DNA of 51,562 nucleotides, from IMG/VR virus record IMGVR_UViG_3300021082_000031, positions 1-51,562 of that record. One strand, given 5' to 3'. This DNA is from a virus. Its lineage: Duplodnaviria; Caudoviricetes. Every line of letters starts with the position of its first letter. Positions within the stretch are counted from its first letter, which is position 1. Below are positions 43,408 to 51,562 of the stretch, in pieces. The translations under genes were made by a program, and so were the position numbers. A model generated the notes under the pieces. The model was not told the origin of the DNA, ran no database searches, and saw only the letters and a list, made by a program, of their open reading frames with translations.

Positions 43408-43970
43408 CGACCGTACTCCGCGCTGCCGGCCATTTCGTCGCCCTGCATCCCAAACGGGTTGGCGATGCTGATCGACACCTGGGACCGGCCGCCGTCGGCC
43501 GCCCACTTGTTGCTGGTCTGTGGCGAGCGGCGCGACCCGGGAATGTGCTGATGTTCGACCGTCTGCCGGTTGAGCGGCAACAGGGAGCGGTCCACGAGCT
43601 CGATGGCCTCGTCGTCCTGTTCGGTGTGCTCGGTGGGATGGCCCCACTCGGGGACGCAACAGAGCGGTTCGAAGTCATTCGGGTTCTGCGGATTGAGCGT
43701 GCCCATCTTCGGGTTCTGCCGCATCGCCGCTTCGGCCGCGAAGTACGGCATCGGGTACAGCAACACGTCGCCGTGCGGGCCGTTGCCGACGTAGGTCACG
43801 ATCTCCTTGCCGGTGCGCTTGTCCTTTTTGGGCTGGTCCAACTCGTCGAGGACGGGCACGGCTTTGAAGCCCGGCGGAATGACGTAGGGGTAGCCGTCCC
43901 ACGTCGCGTTGAGCGGCTTGGTGGTGCGATTGAGCAAATGGACGATGCGGATGTTGCGGGCAAAGGACAC
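43404..43970 (-). CDS. Hypothetical head-associated protein
   Basis: GGGAG SD; WDGYPYVIPPG. Confidence 0.65.
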   Translation of the reverse strand: MSFARNIRIVHLLNRTTKPLNATWDGYPYVIPPGFKAVPVLDELDQPKKDKRTGKEIVTYVGNGPHGDVLLYPMPYFAAEAAMRQNPKMGTLNPQNPNDFEPLCCVPEWGHPTEHTEQDDEAIELVDRSLLPLNRQTVEHQHIPGSRRSPQTSNKWAADGGRSQVSISIANPFGMQGDEMAGSAEYGR

Positions 43971-43986
43971 GGCGAGACTCCCTGGA

Positions 43987-44039
43987 AGAACGCAAAACCG
44001 TGGGCCCGCCCGTCCGCTGCGAACGCAACAGGCGGGCCC
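43987..44039 (-). terminator. Hairpin/terminator after the major capsid gene
   Basis: GGGCCCGCC..GGCGGGCCC stem followed by ACGGTTTT on the minus strand. Confidence 0.5.
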
Positions 44040-44063
44040 CTCGGGTCGAACTAGCGGGTCGAA

Positions 44064-45374
44064 CTAGCTCCCGGCCTCGCGGACCACGACCAACGACTGC
44101 CCTGTGATCGTGTCCAGCCGGAAGCTCTTAGAGGGACACCTGGCGTGATTCTGATACCGCTTGCGATACCACGCCTCGACCGCGTCCCGGCCCGTGCTGC
44201 CACTGCCGACGCGCGTGAACACGTTGCCGTCGGTGTCGAACCACGACCCCGGATCGGACACGTAGCGGACGCCTTCGACGCCTTTCTTGTCGAACCCGAA
44301 CAGGGTCGCCAGGGCGTGCGTGCGGATGGCCTTGATCGGCACTCCACCGAACGGAATGTCGCCCTGCGTGAACGAGGTGGTGCCGGCGTCGGGCTTCTGC
44401 AAGTTGCTGCCCGAGTAGCGGCGATCCGGCTGCGTCAACGCGATCACGAGCCGGCGCACCGAGTGGTGCGCGGTCATCACGTCGATGATCCCGCCGAGGC
44501 GCTGGTCGACGACGTCGGCCACCTGCTGAAACAGATCTTCCGAGAGCGTCCCGGTGGACGACTTCACGTAGCTCTGATACTGCGTGTAGCTGGCGCGGTC
44601 GACGCCGAAGTAGTTCGCGCGGTAGGTGCCGTCGTCAAAGAGCGCCTGGAGCCCGTAGGCGGCGTGCTCGAACGAGGTGTCGAGAATGTCCGTCACCGAC
44701 GAATTGGCGGCCTGCACCAAGTAGTCGTTGTCGGCCCACCCCGCGGGCGGCGCGGTGGTGAAGGTGACGGTAAAGCCATCGCTCGAGAGCGAGGCCACCT
44801 TGCGCACGCCAGATCGCAGCACGTTGGTCGCCGGATCGACGGCGCCGACGTACATGCCTGGCAGGAAGAAGCGATTGCCGAAATCATCGCCGGTGATCCC
44901 GCCCGGCGCATCGACGGTCATCGCCGCCGCGCCGCTCGGGGTGCTGTCGTCGATCAGCGCCAGGATGCCGCGGCCGTCGCCCGTGAAGCTGTACTCCTCC
45001 ATCCGCGCGATGTCGTCGATGATGCGCGTCATCTCGTCGCGCCGCGCCGACCGGAAGGCGCCTTCCGACTTCATGGTGTCCTCCATGACTTCGGTGGTCA
45101 TCCGCACCCGCGCCATGAGCTTGCGCTGGCCGATGCTGACCTTGACGGAGCCCTGCTGCCCGGCGTCGGCAAACGCGCCGTCCTCGCCGACCCACATGGG
45201 ACTGATGTTGCGCGTGACGTGCGCGTTGTAGGTCACGTCGCTGCCCGCGAACTCCGCTTTTTCGAATTTGAACAAATCTGTCAGCGGGTACTTCCGATTG
45301 GTCATTTCCGCGACGTAGTTCTCGAATTTGGTCTTGTACAGTCCCGAGAGGTTTTGTGTGTCGGCCCCGGCCAT
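44064..45374 (-). CDS. Major capsid protein
   Basis: 436 aa after the scaffold; AAGGAG SD; FTGDGRGILA, YGLQALFDDG..YFGVDRASY HK97-fold-type segments. Confidence 0.85.
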   Translation of the reverse strand: MAGADTQNLSGLYKTKFENYVAEMTNRKYPLTDLFKFEKAEFAGSDVTYNAHVTRNISPMWVGEDGAFADAGQQGSVKVSIGQRKLMARVRMTTEVMEDTMKSEGAFRSARRDEMTRIIDDIARMEEYSFTGDGRGILALIDDSTPSGAAAMTVDAPGGITGDDFGNRFFLPGMYVGAVDPATNVLRSGVRKVASLSSDGFTVTFTTAPPAGWADNDYLVQAANSSVTDILDTSFEHAAYGLQALFDDGTYRANYFGVDRASYTQYQSYVKSSTGTLSEDLFQQVADVVDQRLGGIIDVMTAHHSVRRLVIALTQPDRRYSGSNLQKPDAGTTSFTQGDIPFGGVPIKAIRTHALATLFGFDKKGVEGVRYVSDPGSWFDTDGNVFTRVGSGSTGRDAVEAWYRKRYQNHARCPSKSFRLDTITGQSLVVVREAGS

Positions 45375-45402
45375 GTGTCGGCTCCTTTAGGTCAGGAAAG
45401 GG

Positions 45403-46323
45403 TTACGCGCCTGCGCGTGACCGCTGGAGTTCGCCCCACGCTTCACCGAACACGTCGCGCTCACTGGCGGGGGTCTGCACCCGTGGCGCGGTTTGCGACG
45501 GAGTCGGGATCTGGCTCCCGCCCCCGCGTGGCAGGCCGGCGACGACCTGGCCGCGCTGCGCGACGGCCTGCTGGCCGGCACGGCGCGCGGGCTGGACGAA
45601 CCGCGACCGGAAGAACTGCCCGAACTCATCGACGACGCGCAGATCGCCGGCCTCGTACCGCTGGAGCGCCTTGGCGTTCTGTGGCTGCGTCACCCACATT
45701 TGGAACTGGTCGCTGAGGAGGTTTTCGTCCTCGCGGTTGAGCGCGGTGGCATCGACGCCGTAGTCGGTGGCGTAGATGCCTTTGAGCTTGTCGACGGTGG
45801 CGTCGGCGTACTGCTCGTAGAACGCGGCGACGGTCTGCTGATGCTGGGGGGCAGCGGTGAGCAAGGCCTGCAACGCCTGCGCCTTGACCGGATCGTTGAG
45901 GGCCGCGAGCAACGGGCCCAACGTCGGGATGCGCTTGATCAACGTCTGCTCGAGCGCAATGTCCTTGGGATCGCGCGGCGGCGGCGGCTCGGCCTCGGGC
46001 GCCTGCGGCTGCAAGCGCGCGGCAATCGAGGCGAGCAACTGCGACTGCTGCGCCAGGAGCAACGCTTCGGCCGACGGCGCCACGGCGGGCGCCGCGGGCG
46101 TCTGTGTGGGCCTGGGGACGCGGGCCGGCGTCGTGTCCGCGGCCGGCGTGTCGCCCTGCGCCGTCATCGGCGCGAAGAGCGGGTTACTGGCTTCGGGAAT
46201 GTCGGTGTCGGCCGGCGGCGCGGGCGCACTCGGCTGCTGCGGCTCGGCCGCAGGCGTCACACTCGACGGTGTGGAGCCGGTGACGTCACTCGGGACGTCG
46301 AAACTCGGAAATTCGTCAGGCAT
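45403..46323 (-). CDS. Capsid scaffolding protein
   Basis: Disordered acidic Pro-rich N-terminus, helical core; lies between portal and capsid. Confidence 0.7.
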   Translation of the reverse strand: MPDEFPSFDVPSDVTGSTPSSVTPAAEPQQPSAPAPPADTDIPEASNPLFAPMTAQGDTPAADTTPARVPRPTQTPAAPAVAPSAEALLLAQQSQLLASIAARLQPQAPEAEPPPPRDPKDIALEQTLIKRIPTLGPLLAALNDPVKAQALQALLTAAPQHQQTVAAFYEQYADATVDKLKGIYATDYGVDATALNREDENLLSDQFQMWVTQPQNAKALQRYEAGDLRVVDEFGQFFRSRFVQPARRAGQQAVAQRGQVVAGLPRGGGSQIPTPSQTAPRVQTPASERDVFGEAWGELQRSRAGA

Positions 46324-46358
46324 GGTGGACTCGACCCTGGTCGGATGAGGCCGCGGCG

Positions 46359-46387
46359 AGTCTGCAACCCTCGGCGCGGCGTGTCAA
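46359..46387 (-). promoter_or_regulatory. Possible internal promoter for scaffold/capsid
   Basis: TTGACA-N17-CAGACT in the intergenic gap. Confidence 0.45.
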
Positions 46388-46398
46388 TGTTGAGGCAT

Positions 46399-48771
46399 TC
46401 ACTCGGGCCCGTGATTCTGCGCGCCCTGCCCCGTGCCACTCGGGACACTGTCGGTATCGCCCCCTTCGCGGTTGCTGTGCCCGAGGTCGGACGTGCCGCC
46501 GCCTTTGGCCTGCGCTTCGGCCTGCTGTTGCTGCATGGCCTGCATCGCCATCCGCTGCTGATGTAATCCGATGAACGCATCGAGGGCGGCGCGCAGTTCG
46601 GGTCGCTGCGTGACGAGTTTCTGGATGCGGTCGCCGTTGGCCCACTTGATGTGCTCTTCGACGTGGACTTGGTCGCTGGTTTCGACCTGGGGCGTGCCCG
46701 GCATCGGGATCGACGGCTGCGGGGGCACCGGCATCGCCTGGCCGGTCATCGGGTCGGGCTGCGTCATCGGCTGGCCCGTCATCGGGTCGACCGCGGGCAT
46801 GAACTGCACTTGGAGCGCCCACGCTTCCCACTCGGTCTGTTCGACGCGCGCCCGCCGCACATGCACGTCCAACGAGGGCATCAATTTGGCCTGGCCGAAG
46901 GTGTTGAGAATCTGGTAGCCGGTATCGGGGGCCTGCGGGTTGATGACCCCCAACTTGGTCAACTGCTCGATAGCGGCGCGCTGCCCGAGGTTGGTTTTCG
47001 GGACCTGCGATCCGTCCTCGATTTGGATGCTGACGGTGCCCGCCAGATCGGCGGCGCGGAACAACTGCAACGCGCGTTCGCCATTGGGGCCCGCGACCGA
47101 CTCGAAGCGTTCCATCGGCCCATAGACGCGCTCGAGCTCGATCCACAACGCGAACAGGCGCGCGTAGGCGTCCCCGCGCTCCATCAGCACGGGCGTGAAG
47201 CGGCTCTGGCTCCGTTCCACCAACAACTGCAACGCGGAGAACGCTTCGACGCCGGTCGGCTTGCTGCCCTTGATGACGTCGTAGGTGCCGGTCAGCGATT
47301 CGATGTCATTGAGCAACTGGATGCGGAAGTTGACGAGGCTCGAGGGAATCTGCGAGCCCTCGATGCGCTCCGGTTTCGGGTTGTAGCCGGCGCCCGCAAT
47401 CGGGTTGTACTGGAGCACCAGGCCGGGCTCGCCGGTCTTGCGCTTGGTGTCGGCGCCCTTGGGCTCGATCCACACCGGGTTGGACATCCGCAACGCCATC
47501 AACTGCATCAAGGAATCGAGTTGGTTGATCTGGTCGTTTTTCTGGCGCACCAGTTCAATCGGCGAGGACCCCCAAAAGCGCCCCTCGACGCGCTCGTAGG
47601 GCAGATGCACAAACGGCCACAACGCATCGCCCTGGAGCGTCGTGTAGGGCAGATCGCGCTCTTCCTGGCCGCCCTCGCCCAAGATCTTGATCGATCCCTG
47701 CGATCCGACGTAGCGGATGAACAGGCCGTTCTCGTAGGGGTCGCACGGCTTGAACCAGATCTCGGATTCGACCGTGCCGTCGGTCAAGCCGCCGCTGCCT
47801 TCGCCACTTTCGATGAAATTGCCGCTGTTGGTGTCCGACATCGTCGCCAACCGGCGCAAGGTCTGGATGCTGGCGTCCGAGGGGCTCTTTTCGAAGCCAA
47901 AGCCCTGTTTTTCGACCCATTTCTCGCCAAACGTGCGTCGGTAGTACCACGACGTGCGCCACCGCTTGCGAATACAGCCGGGCGCGTCGTCCATCGACGT
48001 GTAGGCGTCGGGGACGAAGAACTCGAACGGCGAGAGGATGTCGGTGCAGCCCTTGCCCTGCGCGAGCTTGCTCTGAATCGGCTGCCCGTCGGGCCCGAGG
48101 GCCGGTTCGAACATCATCGATCCGCAATTCGGGCATTTCTGGCCCGCCTCGACGATGGCCGAGGGCGCGAACACGCCCTGGCACATGCTGCACCGCTCGT
48201 GGGCAATCAGGATCACGCCGTGGCGCGCGTCGGGGTCCCACCACGGATGCAGGATGACGTTGCCGGTGTTGATCTGCCAGAAGTTGCTCCGCATCCACAT
48301 GCGGCGCGCGTCGTGTTCGCGCTTGATCGGCTCTTCGAGCAGGTTGACGAGTTCGGCCGTCACCATGTCGATCTCGCGCGTGCCGGTGCCGCTGGCAAAC
48401 TGCGACAGGTCGACGGTGGCAAAGACGCTGTTGATCGCCTCGTACACCTCGTTGACCTTGTTGGTGACGGGCTTGGGGACCCATTTCGCCAACCGCTTGT
48501 CGCGCCAGCCGCCCCGCGCGTCCTTGGTGATCCACTGCCGGCCACTGCGGTAGTACAGGTTCGCCGTCCACGTATCCTCGTGCTGCGTGCGGCCGGCGTT
48601 GGCCTCGTGCTCGAACTCTTCGATGAAATCGCGGATTTTGTCGTCGTCCTCGTAGGGCGAGGTAGCCCGCGGCGGGACGTTGGCGCCAGGAGCGCCGAAC
48701 AGCGCCGCGCTCGCGGCGTCGAGGCCCGGCACCTCGGACGTGGGCGGCGGGGGGAACGCCAGTGTCGACAT
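46399..48771 (-). CDS. Portal protein (with Zn-ribbon insert)
   Basis: LYYRSGRQW..TNKV..FWGSSPIE..NDQINQ..SNPVW; Gln-rich C-terminus; position after terL. Confidence 0.85.
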   Translation of the reverse strand: MSTLAFPPPPTSEVPGLDAASAALFGAPGANVPPRATSPYEDDDKIRDFIEEFEHEANAGRTQHEDTWTANLYYRSGRQWITKDARGGWRDKRLAKWVPKPVTNKVNEVYEAINSVFATVDLSQFASGTGTREIDMVTAELVNLLEEPIKREHDARRMWMRSNFWQINTGNVILHPWWDPDARHGVILIAHERCSMCQGVFAPSAIVEAGQKCPNCGSMMFEPALGPDGQPIQSKLAQGKGCTDILSPFEFFVPDAYTSMDDAPGCIRKRWRTSWYYRRTFGEKWVEKQGFGFEKSPSDASIQTLRRLATMSDTNSGNFIESGEGSGGLTDGTVESEIWFKPCDPYENGLFIRYVGSQGSIKILGEGGQEERDLPYTTLQGDALWPFVHLPYERVEGRFWGSSPIELVRQKNDQINQLDSLMQLMALRMSNPVWIEPKGADTKRKTGEPGLVLQYNPIAGAGYNPKPERIEGSQIPSSLVNFRIQLLNDIESLTGTYDVIKGSKPTGVEAFSALQLLVERSQSRFTPVLMERGDAYARLFALWIELERVYGPMERFESVAGPNGERALQLFRAADLAGTVSIQIEDGSQVPKTNLGQRAAIEQLTKLGVINPQAPDTGYQILNTFGQAKLMPSLDVHVRRARVEQTEWEAWALQVQFMPAVDPMTGQPMTQPDPMTGQAMPVPPQPSIPMPGTPQVETSDQVHVEEHIKWANGDRIQKLVTQRPELRAALDAFIGLHQQRMAMQAMQQQQAEAQAKGGGTSDLGHSNREGGDTDSVPSGTGQGAQNHGPE

Positions 48772-48785
48772 ACGTCAGCCCTTCA

Positions 48786-49370
48786 TTACGGAATCTCAGT
48801 GAACGGGTCTGTCGTGGGGGCGTCCTGGCGCGTCCCCTCGGGCGGCTCATTGAACAGGTCCGCGGCGGCCTTCAGCAAGTCCGCGGGATCGACCGGCTGG
48901 GCCGCGCGCTGCTCGTCGCGCCGGGCCCGCAACCGCGCGACGACGTCGCCCGCGCTCTGCCCGTCGGGAATGGGCACCCCGCCGACGACGCCGTTGGTGA
49001 CAATCGGCCCCGGCGGCGGCGCGGCGCCCTGCCAGTCCAGCAGCGGCGTCGGATGCCGGTCCACCACGCCACTCTTGAGAAAGTCCACCAGGCTCCCGCG
49101 CTCGAGGGTCAGCCCGTTGATGTGCGCGACGGCCCACTCGGTCGTCGCCTGATAGGTCGCATTGTGGCGCTCGAGGGTGATCAACTGCGCCGCCACGCCG
49201 TGCGCCGCGCGTAACCGCTCGTGGGCGTCCTCGAGCAACCGGATCAACAACGCTTTTTCGGTCTGCGCGGCCTCGAGGTGCCGTTCGAGCCGCTGCACCC
49301 GATCCTCGGCCTCCACGACGAGCATCGACGCCGTCTTGCCCCCTCGCCGGCCGCCTGTGAACCACTCCAT
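48786..49370 (-). CDS. Coiled-coil hypothetical protein between terL and portal
   Basis: GGGGTGACGATG start; N-terminal GGRRGGKT. Confidence 0.7.
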   Translation of the reverse strand: MEWFTGGRRGGKTASMLVVEAEDRVQRLERHLEAAQTEKALLIRLLEDAHERLRAAHGVAAQLITLERHNATYQATTEWAVAHINGLTLERGSLVDFLKSGVVDRHPTPLLDWQGAAPPPGPIVTNGVVGGVPIPDGQSAGDVVARLRARRDEQRAAQPVDPADLLKAAADLFNEPPEGTRQDAPTTDPFTEIP

Positions 49371-49380
49371 CGTCACCCCG

Positions 49381-50850
49381 TCAGGCGTAGAACTCGCTCA
49401 AATCGTCCCCGCCGCCGTAGCCTTCGCTGCCGAAGGCAATTGCCATGTCCATCGGGTTGCCCGTCTCGCGTTCTTCCTCGCGTTCGCGCGCCCATTGCCG
49501 CCGTTCGCGCTCCCAATCGCCGGGTTTGGGTTCGGACTCTACCAGATCGGCGACGACGTCCTTGTCGGGCAATTCGGGCCACGTCATCAGCGCGTACCGC
49601 AACGCATCGGGCAAATCGTCGTTGATCTTGATGACCTGTTCGGTCAGGAGCTCGCCCAACTTGTTCGCGTTCTCCTTCCACCGGTACGAGCGCAAATCCT
49701 TGAGCGTCTCGATGCAGCGGCTCTGCACAAACCACAGCTTGCGACTGTGCATCCAGCTCGAGACGCGCTGAATGCCCGCGACCACCGCGTTTTCGGCCGG
49801 CGTGAAGAACTCGCCCATCTGGCCGAACTCGATGATCGTTTGCGCCTGGCTGCGGTCAATCGCGCGACACAGGATGGTCAACGGGCGCTCGGGCGAGAAA
49901 CTGTGCAAGATCTGCTGAATTTCGTGCCAGTGCTGCCCCAGCGATCGATACCGCTTCTTGTACTCGAACACCTGAATCAGCCCGTGCGTGGTCGGCACGA
50001 GCCCGACGACCGCAAACGGGTGATCCGCGCCGGGATCGACGCCCAAAATGATGCCCCGCGCGTGGTGAATCCGCGGCCATTCGGGGAGGAAGGCCTGGAC
50101 CTGGCCGTCGGTCAATTCCTGCGACGGCGGTAACGCCGTGTCGTCGTAGACCTGGCCCGAGAAGGTGACGAAATCGGCTTCGAACTCCTGGCGCGCGAAA
50201 ATCGGGTCCATCCGCCGCCGCCACGCCGCGACAATCTCCGGTTTCAGCAGCGGATTGTCGAGCGTTTTGTACTTGCAGGCCCACACGCCGGGATCGGACT
50301 CGGTGGCGGGAATCCAGAGGTCTTTCCAGCACCAATCGAAGCCATTGGGCGTGGTCGTGTGGATCGCCACGCCGTCGCGGTCGGCCAAGGCCGGCATCAT
50401 CGTGTGCCAGGCCAACTGCGCGATCTTGCGCGACTCGTCGATCCACGCGAAATCCAGGCCCGGCCCGCGCGCTTTGTTGGGGTCCTCGAGCGAGCGGAAC
50501 GCCAACCGCGTCTCGCCCTTGATGTAGAGCGTCTGGTGCTTCTCGCTCCAGTCCTGAATCCACCCCTTCGGGATCGCGTCAAACACCGCCGGCTTGACGA
50601 AGTCCTCGAGGTCGCCGTAGGTCGGCGCACACACCCACCCGAACTGCTTCGGCTTGCGCGCAATCAGCTTCGGGACCGCAATGCTGCCCGCGCGGGTTTT
50701 CCCGCCGCGTCGGCCCGCGAACAACGCTAACTGGGTAAACGACGGCCCGCCATCGGGCCGGGTCGCGGTCAACGCTTCGAAGAAGGCGTGCTGGTAGGGG
50801 TTGTACTGGAGTTTGACGGTGCCGTCGCCCCCCGCCAGGGTGCTAGACAA
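49381..50850 (-). CDS. terL: Terminase large subunit
   Basis: Walker A GRRGGKT, Walker B AWIDE, TTTPNG coupling motif, nuclease GVDPG and DDLPDALRY. Confidence 0.95.
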   Translation of the reverse strand: MSSTLAGGDGTVKLQYNPYQHAFFEALTATRPDGGPSFTQLALFAGRRGGKTRAGSIAVPKLIARKPKQFGWVCAPTYGDLEDFVKPAVFDAIPKGWIQDWSEKHQTLYIKGETRLAFRSLEDPNKARGPGLDFAWIDESRKIAQLAWHTMMPALADRDGVAIHTTTPNGFDWCWKDLWIPATESDPGVWACKYKTLDNPLLKPEIVAAWRRRMDPIFARQEFEADFVTFSGQVYDDTALPPSQELTDGQVQAFLPEWPRIHHARGIILGVDPGADHPFAVVGLVPTTHGLIQVFEYKKRYRSLGQHWHEIQQILHSFSPERPLTILCRAIDRSQAQTIIEFGQMGEFFTPAENAVVAGIQRVSSWMHSRKLWFVQSRCIETLKDLRSYRWKENANKLGELLTEQVIKINDDLPDALRYALMTWPELPDKDVVADLVESEPKPGDWERERRQWAREREEERETGNPMDMAIAFGSEGYGGGDDLSEFYA

Positions 50851-51463
50851 GCTCCCCGCCGCGTGGCGCCAGGTCCAGCCGATGCGCCTTGGGCACGCCC
50901 ACCACGCCCTCGAGCTTGGGCGCGGTGCCGCCCACCGAAATCATCACGCCGTTGGCGTCGACAATCTGCACGTTCAACTGCGTGGGCAACCGGCCATCGA
51001 CGACGTCGCCGCCGTTGCGCAACACCCCGACCCCGCGCAACGTCGCCAGGCCCGCCTCGAGGTTGTGCTGCTTGAGGTGCTCGTGCAACGTGTCGACCGC
51101 CATGTCGACCAAGTGGTCCTCGACAAAGGCCCGCGCCGCGTCGAGGGCCGGGAACGTCAGCTTGCGCGCCCGCCCCTCGGCCTGCCACGTCCGCAGCGTC
51201 CCGGTCGCCACCCCCAGCTTGCGCGCCACCCGCGCCAGCGGCAGCCCGTTGGCCCGGTACACCTGGACCGCCAGCAGCCGCTCGCGCAACTCCGCGTCGG
51301 TCAGCGCCGTGACCCCCGCAAAGTCGGCCACCGTCATCTGTGGCGGCTTGCGCAGCCCCTTCCGGTTGCCGGGGTCCACCGGGCCCCGCTCCCCGCGCTT
51401 GCTCTGGTTGAGTACCACCGAGGCCTGGCCCCCGACGCCGAACCGATGCTCCCGACTCCCCAC
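50843..51463 (-). CDS. Putative terminase small subunit (HTH; start uncertain, possibly near 51337)
   Basis: GLPLARVARKLGVATGTLRTW HTH; directly upstream of and overlapping terL. Confidence 0.6.
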   Translation of the reverse strand: MGSREHRFGVGGQASVVLNQSKRGERGPVDPGNRKGLRKPPQMTVADFAGVTALTDAELRERLLAVQVYRANGLPLARVARKLGVATGTLRTWQAEGRARKLTFPALDAARAFVEDHLVDMAVDTLHEHLKQHNLEAGLATLRGVGVLRNGGDVVDGRLPTQLNVQIVDANGVMISVGGTAPKLEGVVGVPKAHRLDLAPRGGELV

Positions 51464-51477
51464 CTTCCGCGGTAAGT

Positions 51478-51562
<85 letters not shown>

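Noticed and set aside
23706-49152. Long plus-strand ORFs (e.g. 23706-26459, 27462-30113, 37679-40288, 46651-49152)
   Set aside because: Antisense shadows of real minus-strand genes in high-GC DNA

Overview
This window looks like a near-complete, GC-rich dsDNA tailed-phage genome with podovirus-like architecture. I see no tape measure, tail tube or sheath, integrase, DNA polymerase, tRNA or CRISPR. Layout: (1) 1-1030 is a non-coding control end with an IHF-consensus site, palindromes, iteron-like repeats, a perfect chromosomal-type parS site (739-754) and a sigma70-like promoter. (2) 1031-7410 (+) is an early operon of small genes (SpoVG-like, DUF6927-like, DUF3560, DUF1419-like) ending at a bidirectional terminator. 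(3) About 20460 down to 7487 (-) is a middle operon with its own TTGACA promoter: HTH regulator, YqaJ, RecT, replication initiator and loader-like genes, RuvC-like resolvase, a PEP-CTERM protein and many small cassettes. (4) 51463 down to 20592 (-) is the late operon: terminases, portal, scaffold, major capsid, adaptor/nozzle, beta-helix fibre, ejection proteins (one of 2658 aa with ART-like and ParB-like domains), then an atypical putative lysis/envelope cassette with no recognisable endolysin. The most interesting signals are the orphan parS site alongside a probably injected ParB-like domain, five Sec-exported proteins including the PEP-CTERM one, and the non-canonical lysis cassette. The host is inferred, not shown, to be a diderm with exosortase, plausibly Acidobacteriota. 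All family calls come from motif recognition by eye, not database searches.
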